Shown: positions 16,667 to 26,080 of the stretch, in pieces | Numbering within the stretch: position 1 is the stretch's first letter | How the letters are laid out: every line of letters starts with the position of its first letter | DNA from: a bacterium | Lineage (GTDB): Bacteria > Zhuqueibacterota > Zhuqueibacteria > Residuimicrobiales > Residuimicrobiaceae | NCBI GenBank assembly: GCA_035388125.1 | Contig: DAOOPF010000002.1 | Coordinates: forward strand, 4,711-68,710 | Length of the DNA stretch: 64,000 bases | Reading direction: 5' to 3' | Translations under genes and position numbers: made by a program | The notes under the pieces: model-generated | Database searches by the model: none | The model's input: the letters and a program-made list of their open reading frames with translations, nothing else | What the model was told of the DNA's origin: nothing

Positions 16667-18031
16667 TCATTCGAGATCACTCAATCCATAGTCGTTCATT
16701 TTGCGATAGAGGGTGGCCTCACCGATCTTGAGGGCGGCGGCGGTCCTGCCGCGGTGATGGTTATTGCGGACCAGCTGTTCGCGGATGAATTCCCGCTCAA
16801 ATTGCTCCACCGCGCTCCTGAGACTGTCCGCGTCCCGAGGTCTCCAGGGTGAAGCCTCAGCCGGCTGCATCTCCACCGGCAGATCCTCGATGCGGATAAC
16901 CTCCCCCGGGGTAAAAATCATCAACCTTTCGATAAAGTTCTCCAGCTCTCGCACCTCTCCCTTCCACTCCCGCTTGACAATCATTTCCATGACCCCGGGA
17001 TCAGCCCCCTTGACATGACGATTCATCTGCCGGTTGTATTTCTGGATGAAATGGTCCACCAGCAAGGGGATGTCACTGGGCCTCTCCCGCAGTGAGGGGA
17101 GATGGATTTCGATGACATTGAGACGGTAATAGAGATCTTCCCGGAACCGGCCGGCCTGGACTTCCTGCAAGAGGATGCGGTTGGTGGCGGCGATGATGCG
17201 GACATTGACGGGAATAAGAGCGGTCGCCCCGACCGGAAGGATCTCCCGGTTTTCAAGGGCCCGCAGCAGTTTGGCCTGCCCGGTGAGCGACATGTCACCG
17301 ATTTCATCCAGAAAAAGGGTGCCGTTGTGGGCGACCTTGAACAGACCATCCTTGTCCGCAACCGCCCCGGTGAAGCTGCCCCGCTTGTGTCCGAAAAGTT
17401 CGCTCTCCATCAGGGTCTCGGTGATGGCGCCGCAGTTGATCGCCACAAATCGACCCTTGCGCCGGGGGCTGTTGTAATGGATCGCCTTGGCCACCAGCTC
17501 CTTGCCCGTGCCGCTTTTGCCGGTCACGAGAACATGACTGTCGCTGTCGGAAACCTTGCGGATGGTGGCGAAGAGCTTTCTGATCGCCGGACTCTTGCCG
17601 ATGATATTGCTGAAATCGTACTGGGCATTGATCTCCTGACGCAGGGCCTGGTTTTCCTGCACCAGCTCCTTGTGCTCGAGCAGCTTTTTGACCTTGATCG
17701 CCACATCCTCAAAATTGAGGGGCTTGAGCAGATAGTCATAGGCTCCCTTGCGCAGGGCCTCCAGGGCGGTCTCGAGTGAGGCATAGGCCGTGATGATAAT
17801 GAAGGAAGCGCGCAGATTCAGCTCGGCACTCTTTTCCATCAGCTCGATCCCCGTCATCAGCGGCATGGCGATATCGGTGACCACGACGTCGTACTCCCCT
17901 GCACCGAGCATCTCCAGGGCCTGCCGGCCGTTGGCCGCCTGATCGCAGGTGAAGCCGCGATTAACCAGCATGGATACCAGAATCTCGCGGGTGATGTCGT
18001 CATCTTCCACGATGAGTACGCGCTGTGCCAT
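16667..18031 (-). CDS. Sigma-54-dependent response regulator (REC + AAA+ + Fis-type HTH; NtrC family)
   Basis: The REC domain starts MAQRVLIVEDDD...VVTDIAMP. AAA+ motifs are GKSGTGKELVAKAIH and ESELFGHKRGSFTGA. The C-terminal HTH is AAALKIGEATLYRKM. Confidence 0.85.
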   Translation of the reverse strand: MAQRVLIVEDDDITREILVSMLVNRGFTCDQAANGRQALEMLGAGEYDVVVTDIAMPLMTGIELMEKSAELNLRASFIIITAYASLETALEALRKGAYDYLLKPLNFEDVAIKVKKLLEHKELVQENQALRQEINAQYDFSNIIGKSPAIRKLFATIRKVSDSDSHVLVTGKSGTGKELVAKAIHYNSPRRKGRFVAINCGAITETLMESELFGHKRGSFTGAVADKDGLFKVAHNGTLFLDEIGDMSLTGQAKLLRALENREILPVGATALIPVNVRIIAATNRILLQEVQAGRFREDLYYRLNVIEIHLPSLRERPSDIPLLVDHFIQKYNRQMNRHVKGADPGVMEMIVKREWKGEVRELENFIERLMIFTPGEVIRIEDLPVEMQPAEASPWRPRDADSLRSAVEQFEREFIREQLVRNNHHRGRTAAALKIGEATLYRKMNDYGLSDLE

Positions 18032-18035
18032 CGCC

Positions 18036-18788
18036 TCACGCTCCTCTCTCTGCGGCGAGGGCCGGCAGAACGATCTCAACACAGGTTCCTTTACCCGGAT
18101 CGCTCACGATTCCTATCGTCCCGCCATGGGCGGTGATAATGGAGCGGCTGAGAAAAAGACCCAGGCCGCTCCCCCTGCTCCCTTTGGTCGTGAACCAGGG
18201 GGCGAAAAGAGCGGACTGATCCGCAAGGGGGATCCCGGTCCCGCTGTCCTTTACGGCCAGATGGACCTTGTCGCCATCCTGCCATGATTTGAGCGTCAGG
18301 GTGCCGGCCGGCACGGTCTCGAGGGCATCGGCTGCGTTCAGGCAGAGCGAGATGATCACCTGCAAGAGCTGGTCGGGGTTGGCCGACACCTGGGGGATCG
18401 CCGCCTCCAGTTCGGTGCCCACCTCACGATACTTGAGCCGGCGGTCATGTTTGACGATGCGCACCGCTTCCATGATCAGGCTGTTGAGATAGACCGTCTC
18501 CTGACCGGTGCGGATCGGCCGGGAAAAATCGGCGATTGTGCGGAGAATTTGCGTCAACTGGTCCACAGACCGCCCAATCTGCCGCAGGTTTTCCTTGACC
18601 TGGGGATCACCGCTCTTCTCCCCGAGAAATTGCGAGAGCGAAGAGATGGCCATCAGGGGCGTACCTGCATCATGGATGAAACCGGGCGCGAGCGTGCTCA
18701 TGGCGTGCATCTTTTCCGCCTGAAACAGAGCGTCGCGCAGTGGCGGCTCGCCCATCTCCCCTGCAATGGCCTCTTTCTCATCGGACAT
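18036..18788 (-). CDS. Histidine kinase, cytoplasmic, with no recognisable sensor domain
   Basis: H-box FIHDAGTPLMAI, N-box LCLNAADA, G1 VKDSGTGIP, G2 GSGLGLFLS. It is only 250 aa with no TM segment. Its stop is 4 nt from the regulator start. Confidence 0.8.
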   Translation of the reverse strand: MSDEKEAIAGEMGEPPLRDALFQAEKMHAMSTLAPGFIHDAGTPLMAISSLSQFLGEKSGDPQVKENLRQIGRSVDQLTQILRTIADFSRPIRTGQETVYLNSLIMEAVRIVKHDRRLKYREVGTELEAAIPQVSANPDQLLQVIISLCLNAADALETVPAGTLTLKSWQDGDKVHLAVKDSGTGIPLADQSALFAPWFTTKGSRGSGLGLFLSRSIITAHGGTIGIVSDPGKGTCVEIVLPALAAERGA

Positions 18789-18970
18789 GACTGATCTCCC
18801 TCACTGCCTGAAGTACTGTTTTTGGCTTCCATCCTTTCAAGTTAGCAAAAAGGGCCCTGATTCGCAATTGAAAATCCCCCTGAACGGGCCGGCGCCTCTG
18901 CATGTTTTGCCTTGCATAAGATGCATTATTTTAATATCTTCCCCCTGAATACAGACCAGGAGAAAATCAC

Positions 18971-20890
18971 ATGATAGAGAGAACCTTCACCCAGGAACAA
19001 CTTTCGCAAGCGACCCTTCAGGAGTTGCAGACGCTCGCCCGCCAGTGCCGTGGCGATATTCTCAAAATGACCACCCTGGCGGCCAGTGGTCATCCCGGCG
19101 GCAGCATGTCCTCCATCGATTTCTATCTGACTGTCTTCGCAATGGCCAACGTCGATCCCGGGGATCCCTTCGCTCCCGGACGCGACCGGATCGTCACCAG
19201 CCATGGTCACACCTCCCCGGGGGTCTTTTCCGCGCTCGGACGCCTCGGCTTTTTCAGGATCGAAGACGCCGTGGCCCATTTCCGTCAGACCAACTCGCCG
19301 TTCGAAGGGCACGTCGAGCGCGAGGTCCCCGGGATCGAATGGGGCACCGGCAATCTCGGTCAGGGGCTCAGCGCGCTGCTTGGCCTCGGCCTCGGCGCCA
19401 GACTGCAGGGCCACAAGGTCCAGCTCTACGGCTTTATGGGCGACGGGGAGCAGCAAAAAGGTCAGATCGGAGAGGCCCGCCGCTTCGCTGTCAAGTACGG
19501 TTTTACCAATGCCACCGTTTTTGTCGACTATAACCGTCTCCAGATCAGCGGCGCCATCGAGAAGGTGATGCCGCAGCAGATCCGCGCAGGCTGGGAGGCC
19601 GATGGCTGGCAGGTCATCGAAATCGACGGCCACGATTATCAGGCCATCTACCAGGCGATCCGTAAGGCCCACAGCCTGCCGGCGCCGGTGATGATCCTCG
19701 CCCATACTGTGATGAGCAAGGGTGTGCCCTTTATGGAAAACGACCACAAATGGCATGGACAGGCCCTGCCTCTCGAGGAGTGCCGCAAAGCCCTGAACCT
19801 CCTGGGCCTGCCGGATGATCTCGATGCCCTCGCGGAACGCCGCAAAACGCACAATCCGGCCGTTGCGCTCGCCGAAAGAGCCCCCCTCGCAGCCGTGGCC
19901 GACCCCGGCATCCCGCGCACCTATGGGGCTGCCGAAAAGAACGATAACCGCAGCGGCTGGGGAAACGCCCTCGACGATATCGTCGCCGCCAACCAGGGAC
20001 GCCTCCCCATTGCGGTTTTCGACTGCGACCTCGCTCCCTCAGTCAAGACCACCAATATCGCCAAAAATTACCCTGAGCTCTTTTTCCAGAGCGGCATCCA
20101 GGAGCACAATACCGCCGCCGTTGCGGGTGCTTGCTCGGCCGAAGGGGTTCTCACCTACTGGGCCGACTTTGGCGTCTTCGGCGTCGCCGAAACCTTCAAC
20201 CAGCATCGCCTCAACGATATCAACGGCACCAACTACAAGGTGGTCTGCACCCACGTCGGCCTCGATGTCGGCGAGGACGGCAAGACCCATCAGTGCATCG
20301 ATTACGTCGGCGTCTTTCAGAATCTCTTCGGCTTCAAGGTCATCGTTCCGGCCGATCCCAACCAGACCGACCGGGCGACCCGCTACATCTCCGCCACTCC
20401 CGGCAATTTTCTCCTCGCCATGGGACGCTCCAAGATGGGTATGGTGCTCAACGAAGCGGGCGAGCCCTTTTATGGCAGCGGCTACTCCTTCGTCTACGGC
20501 AAGGCCGATCTGATCCGTACCGGCGCCAGGGGAGCCATCATCGCCATGGGCGGGATGGTCGGCCGTGCGGTCAAGGCCTGGGAACTGCTCAAGGCCGAAG
20601 GCATCGAGGTCATGGTGCTCTCGCTGGCCTGTCCATCGGACCCTGATATAAAGGCCCTCGCCCTGGCGGCACAAACCGGACTGATCGTGACCTATGAAGA
20701 CCACCATATCCGCACCGGCCTGGGCAGCGCAGTGGCCAACGCCCTGGCTGATGCCGGACTCTCCACCAGATTGATCAAACTGGGCGTCACGCGCTACGGC
20801 AGCTCGGGCCTCCCCGACGAACTCTACCGCAGCCAGGGGCTTGATCCCGAAAACCTGGCCCGCACGGTCAAGGCCGCCCTCAACCGGTAG
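18971..20890 (+). CDS. tkt: Transketolase
   Basis: ASGHPGGSMSSIDF, GNLGQGLSA, GDGEQQKGQI, and a C-terminal pyrimidine-binding region. 639 aa. Confidence 0.85.
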   Translation: MIERTFTQEQLSQATLQELQTLARQCRGDILKMTTLAASGHPGGSMSSIDFYLTVFAMANVDPGDPFAPGRDRIVTSHGHTSPGVFSALGRLGFFRIEDAVAHFRQTNSPFEGHVEREVPGIEWGTGNLGQGLSALLGLGLGARLQGHKVQLYGFMGDGEQQKGQIGEARRFAVKYGFTNATVFVDYNRLQISGAIEKVMPQQIRAGWEADGWQVIEIDGHDYQAIYQAIRKAHSLPAPVMILAHTVMSKGVPFMENDHKWHGQALPLEECRKALNLLGLPDDLDALAERRKTHNPAVALAERAPLAAVADPGIPRTYGAAEKNDNRSGWGNALDDIVAANQGRLPIAVFDCDLAPSVKTTNIAKNYPELFFQSGIQEHNTAAVAGACSAEGVLTYWADFGVFGVAETFNQHRLNDINGTNYKVVCTHVGLDVGEDGKTHQCIDYVGVFQNLFGFKVIVPADPNQTDRATRYISATPGNFLLAMGRSKMGMVLNEAGEPFYGSGYSFVYGKADLIRTGARGAIIAMGGMVGRAVKAWELLKAEGIEVMVLSLACPSDPDIKALALAAQTGLIVTYEDHHIRTGLGSAVANALADAGLSTRLIKLGVTRYGSSGLPDELYRSQGLDPENLARTVKAALNR

Positions 20891-20906
20891 ACCCGCTGTC
20901 TGCATT

Positions 20907-20945
20907 AAAAAAGCCTCTCTGGTCCATGGACCGGAGAGGCTTTTT
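20907..20945. terminator. Bidirectional intrinsic terminator between the convergent genes tkt and gpmI
   Basis: A 12-bp stem (20913-20924 pairs with 20929-20940, including one G-U pair) with loop CATG. It is flanked by an A6 run upstream and a T5 run downstream. Confidence 0.7.
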
Positions 20946-20979
20946 GCTATACAGGAATAACCGGATACGTGGAGGCGGC

Positions 20980-22611
<1,632 letters not shown>

Positions 22612-22801
22612 ATGATCAACCTTTCAGAATATTGTCCGTTGCCTTGATTCACAAGAGAGATTAAAATAGCAAAAAGCCGGGTAAATAAAAAGTCCTTCTT
22701 CGCGCCAAGGGCGGCATCTGCAACAAAATAATTGATAAAATTGCCAAAATAGTTTATCTTGGTGCGACAAATTTCATCTACTTCAAGCCGGGATTATTCT
22801 C

Positions 22802-23554
22802 ATGACCTTCCAAGATATTCTGCCTCTTGTCCGGAAAAACGACGAAAAAATCGTCCTTATCCTGCTCGGCGGCGTCGGCGGCATCCAGTCCGGCCCCAAC
22901 CTGCTCACGGAACTGCAGCAGGCGCATCACCCCCATCTCAACGCCCTGGCGCGTAAATCGGTGTGCGGCCTGCTCATGCCGGCCGCTCCGGGGGTAACCC
23001 CGGCGGAGAACGCAGCCCTGAAAAGGCTGCTCGGATGGCAGCTGGAGCAGGCTCCCGACTGGAAGGGCGGGCTCGGCCTCAAGAGCTGCGCCCTCTCCTC
23101 CTCCCCGGATTATCTCCGTATCTTCGCGGAAGCGGGCATCGCCGCCATCGCTTCCTCCGATGCGCCGTCGGAGCTGACCGACCGGGCGTGCGCCGAGCTC
23201 CCCACACATGATTTTATCATCATCCATTATACCGCACCCGAAAAAGAGGGACTGGCAGGCGGTTACTATGAAAAGATCAAGGCGGTCGAGGAGTTCGACC
23301 GTCTGATCCCGCGGCTTCTGGAACCCGCTCCGGCCGTCGTGTCCGTCTGCGGCGACCATTCCTGCCCCAGCGCTCTGGGCGCGATCAGCTGGCATCCGGT
23401 TCCCCTGCTGATCCAGGCGTCTACAGCGCGCTATGACATGGTCCAAACTTTCGATGAAATCGCCTGTAATGCCGGTGCCCTCGGCACGCTCCGCACCGCG
23501 GAGCTTCTCCCCCTCCTGCTCGCCCATGCAGGCAAACTGGCCCCGGCACACTAG
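22802..23554 (+). CDS. Short, degenerate ApgM-like (archaeal-type cofactor-independent PGM / alkaline-phosphatase superfamily) protein
   Basis: KIVLILLGGVGG...TELQQAHHPHLNALARKSVCGLLMP and VVSVCGDHSCPS...WHPVPLLI resemble the ApgM N- and C-terminal core. The protein is only 250 aa and several catalytic or metal positions are substituted (see findings). Confidence 0.55.
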   Translation: MTFQDILPLVRKNDEKIVLILLGGVGGIQSGPNLLTELQQAHHPHLNALARKSVCGLLMPAAPGVTPAENAALKRLLGWQLEQAPDWKGGLGLKSCALSSSPDYLRIFAEAGIAAIASSDAPSELTDRACAELPTHDFIIIHYTAPEKEGLAGGYYEKIKAVEEFDRLIPRLLEPAPAVVSVCGDHSCPSALGAISWHPVPLLIQASTARYDMVQTFDEIACNAGALGTLRTAELLPLLLAHAGKLAPAH

Positions 23555-23564
23555 AGAGGTAAAC

Positions 23565-24272
23565 ATGAACCGAAGCGCTGCTATTCCTCCCGATCCCGCC
23601 AGCCTGACCCCCGCGGCACTGGCCGGCCTGATCGATCACACACTCCTCAAACCCGAGGCGGTTGCCACCCAGTTCGAACAGCTCTGTTCCGAAGCGGTGA
23701 TCTACCGTTTCGCCACCGTCTGTGTAAATCCCGCATGGGTGCGCTTTTGCGCTGAACATCTGCAGGGAGCGGGGGTCGGTCTCTGCTCGGTCGTCGGTTT
23801 TCCGCTGGGCAGCATCATGCCGGAAGACAAGGCGGAGGAGGCCCGCAGAGCGGTCGGCAACGGCGCCACCGAGATCGACATGGTGCTCAACGCCGGCTGG
23901 CTAAAATCGGGCTTTTCGGCGCTGGTCCTGCAGGATATCGCCGGAGTCGTTGAGGCGGCTGCACCCGCCATGGTCAAGGTGATCCTTGAGACCTGCCTGC
24001 TCACTGAAGAAGAAAAGATCGCCGCGTGCGATCTCGCCCGGTCGGCCGGGGCTCATTTTGTCAAGACATCGACGGGATTCGGCAAGTCCGGAGCCACGGA
24101 GGCTGACATCGTCCTCATGCGTCGCTGCGTTGGAGAGGCCCTCGGTGTCAAGGCTTCCGGCGGAGTTCGCGATCTGCCGGCGGCGCTGGCGATGATCGTT
24201 GCCGGGGCCAACCGCATCGGCACCAGCTCGGGCGTGGCCATCATCGAAGCGATGAAACTGGCACATCCCTGA
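23565..24272 (+). CDS. deoC: Deoxyribose-phosphate aldolase
   Basis: IDHTLLKPEA, VKVILETCLLT, FVKTSTGFG (Schiff-base Lys). The ATG at 23565 has GAGAGG upstream. The longer track ORF from 23433 would overlap the previous gene. Confidence 0.85.
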   Translation: MNRSAAIPPDPASLTPAALAGLIDHTLLKPEAVATQFEQLCSEAVIYRFATVCVNPAWVRFCAEHLQGAGVGLCSVVGFPLGSIMPEDKAEEARRAVGNGATEIDMVLNAGWLKSGFSALVLQDIAGVVEAAAPAMVKVILETCLLTEEEKIAACDLARSAGAHFVKTSTGFGKSGATEADIVLMRRCVGEALGVKASGGVRDLPAALAMIVAGANRIGTSSGVAIIEAMKLAHP

Positions 24273-24299
24273 AAAAAAAGCCCTCAAGCGAGGGCTTTT
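24271..24299. terminator. Bidirectional intrinsic terminator between deoC and the convergent kinase gene
   Basis: A8 run, stem GCCCTC (24279-24284), loop AAGC, stem GAGGGC (24289-24294), then T5. The hairpin includes the stop codon of the minus-strand gene. Confidence 0.6.
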
Positions 24300-25255
24300 T
24301 CAAGACGAGCGAGCAGTCCGGGGCTGATCTCGACGCCCTCTTTCTGCAGCCCCATAATGCAGGAGCCGATGGCGGGCTCGAAACGGGGCTCGATAAAAGC
24401 CGCTTTCCGCACCACGCGCAAAGCCTCTTCGCGCATGAAGGGCATGAGCACATCGCGCTGATTGAAAATACTGCCGATCAGGGCGACGGAAACTTCACCC
24501 CCCTCACGGCCCATGCGCCTGGCCGCCCCGGCGACCAATTTTCCGATCTCCCTGCCGGCGTTTTCGATGATCTGTCGTGCCGCATCGTCCCCCTCCTCTG
24601 CAGCCGCAAAGACCGCCGGCGCATTGCTGGCGACCTCAGTCCGGTCGATCTTGTCGGAGTAGATCTGGGAGATGATCAGATCGATGCTGGCCAGATCGTA
24701 GCGTTTTTCATAGTGGCTCCTGAGCACGGTTTTTGGACCGCGTCCATCCAGATCTTTCAGGGCCGCGATCAGCGCCTGCTGTCCGATGTAATAACCGCTT
24801 CCCTCGTCCCCCAGTTTGAAACCCCACCCGCCGCAGCGGTAGAGCGTGCCCTTGTCATCCTTGCCGAAACAAATCGAACCCGTTCCAGAGATGACGATGA
24901 TGCCCGGTCCACCGCCGAAGGCGCCCGCGAGGGCGGCCGAAGCGTCGGTATCGATCGTATGATTCCGCGCCAGACCGCGGCTTGTGACCTGGGCTGAGAT
25001 CGCCTCGCGGTCCGCCGGCCTTCCGGCACCCGCCAGACCGGCATAGAGATGATCAACCTCACCCGGCGTACAGCCGGCGTTGGCGGTCAACTCGGCGACC
25101 AGCGCGGACAGGCTCTCGCCCAGGCGCTCCGCTCCGATGGCCTGAATATTGGACGAGTCGCCGCTGGCGCGCGCCAGAAGCTGGCCGGTCTCGTCGATCA
25201 TGACACCCAGAGTTTTGGTGCCCCCGCCATCCAGTCCGATAATCCGCTTTGCCAT
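24284..25255 (-). CDS. BadF/BadG/BcrA/BcrD-type ATPase (N-acetylglucosamine kinase-like)
   Basis: IIGLDGGGTKTLGVM and IVISGTGSICFG, an ASKHA fold pattern. 323 aa. Confidence 0.7.
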   Translation of the reverse strand: MAKRIIGLDGGGTKTLGVMIDETGQLLARASGDSSNIQAIGAERLGESLSALVAELTANAGCTPGEVDHLYAGLAGAGRPADREAISAQVTSRGLARNHTIDTDASAALAGAFGGGPGIIVISGTGSICFGKDDKGTLYRCGGWGFKLGDEGSGYYIGQQALIAALKDLDGRGPKTVLRSHYEKRYDLASIDLIISQIYSDKIDRTEVASNAPAVFAAAEEGDDAARQIIENAGREIGKLVAGAARRMGREGGEVSVALIGSIFNQRDVLMPFMREEALRVVRKAAFIEPRFEPAIGSCIMGLQKEGVEISPGLLARLEKALA

Positions 25256-25268
25256 GCTCTTTTCTCCT

Positions 25269-25850
25269 CTATGATCGCAGCAGAAATTTAAATTTCTTTA
25301 TCACCAGGAGGGCTATCGCAACCTTGATGCTCTCTCCCGGAACGAACAAAAGCAGTCCGGCCACCACCGCCTGCATAAACGGCATGGGTTTGCCGGTGAT
25401 CCATGTAAAAGAAAAATACAACCATAAAGTCCCAAAGACAAGCAAAAAAAGCGCCCCCAGGGCCATCACCAGCGCAAGCGCGCGCATCGACGGCGGACGG
25501 GCCACAGTCGCCAGGCCGCGCGCGACAAGGGCCGCAGTCAGGGGCATGGCGAGAAGATAACCAAAGGTGGGCTGGAAAAGGTAGGCCATGCCGCCGCCCT
25601 GGCTGAAGAGCGGCAGCCCCAGCAATCCCAGTACCAGATAGGCCGCCTGTGTGCCGGCCGCCGCCCTGGGCGGAAAGAACGCTCCGGCCAGCAGGGGGAA
25701 GAGACTCTGCAGCGAGAGCGGCACCGGATAAAAAGGGATCCGCAGCAGCGATCCGAAAGCGGTGAGCGCGGTCATCAGGGCCATGGCGCTCAGCCTCCGC
25801 GTCGTCAACCCGTTCAAAGGCCTGCTCCCGGATGAATGCGCCGGCCACAC
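25269..25850 (-). CDS. bioY: Biotin transporter BioY (ECF S-component); start uncertain
   Basis: LRIPFYPVPLSLQSLFPLLAGAF...GLPLFSQGGGMAYLFQPTFGYLL. The GTG at 25850 or the internal ATG at 25784 could be the start. Confidence 0.7.
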   Translation of the reverse strand: MWPAHSSGSRPLNGLTTRRLSAMALMTALTAFGSLLRIPFYPVPLSLQSLFPLLAGAFFPPRAAAGTQAAYLVLGLLGLPLFSQGGGMAYLFQPTFGYLLAMPLTAALVARGLATVARPPSMRALALVMALGALFLLVFGTLWLYFSFTWITGKPMPFMQAVVAGLLLFVPGESIKVAIALLVIKKFKFLLRS

Positions 25851-25937
25851 CGGCGGGCCGCCCGGGCAGCGGCCGACTGCTCCCAGAAAAAGGACATTAG
25901 CCGTACTTTTTCCAAGCCCTGTTCTCCCATTTTGCTG

Positions 25938-25966
25938 TTGCTTTTGCCCCGCTGCTTTGATATATT
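25938..25966 (+). promoter_or_regulatory. Candidate sigma-70 promoter TTGCTT-N17-TATATT upstream of the patatin-Omp85 gene
   Basis: Hexamers at 25938-25943 and 25961-25966. Confidence 0.35.
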
Positions 25967-26080
25967 AGCTATTGGAGTACTTTTTACGATCAAGGTGCGG
26001 CGCCTGTTCCCTGCAGATTTTTGGACTGGCTTGCACCTTGTTTATTAATTGGCCGCCTCTTCAGAATTATCAGCTCCCCG

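Noticed and set aside
26022-26035. Sigma-54-like TGGACTGGCTTGCA upstream of the patatin-Omp85 gene
   Set aside because: The GG-to-GC spacing is 2 nt shorter than the consensus, so it is not a credible -24/-12 promoter.
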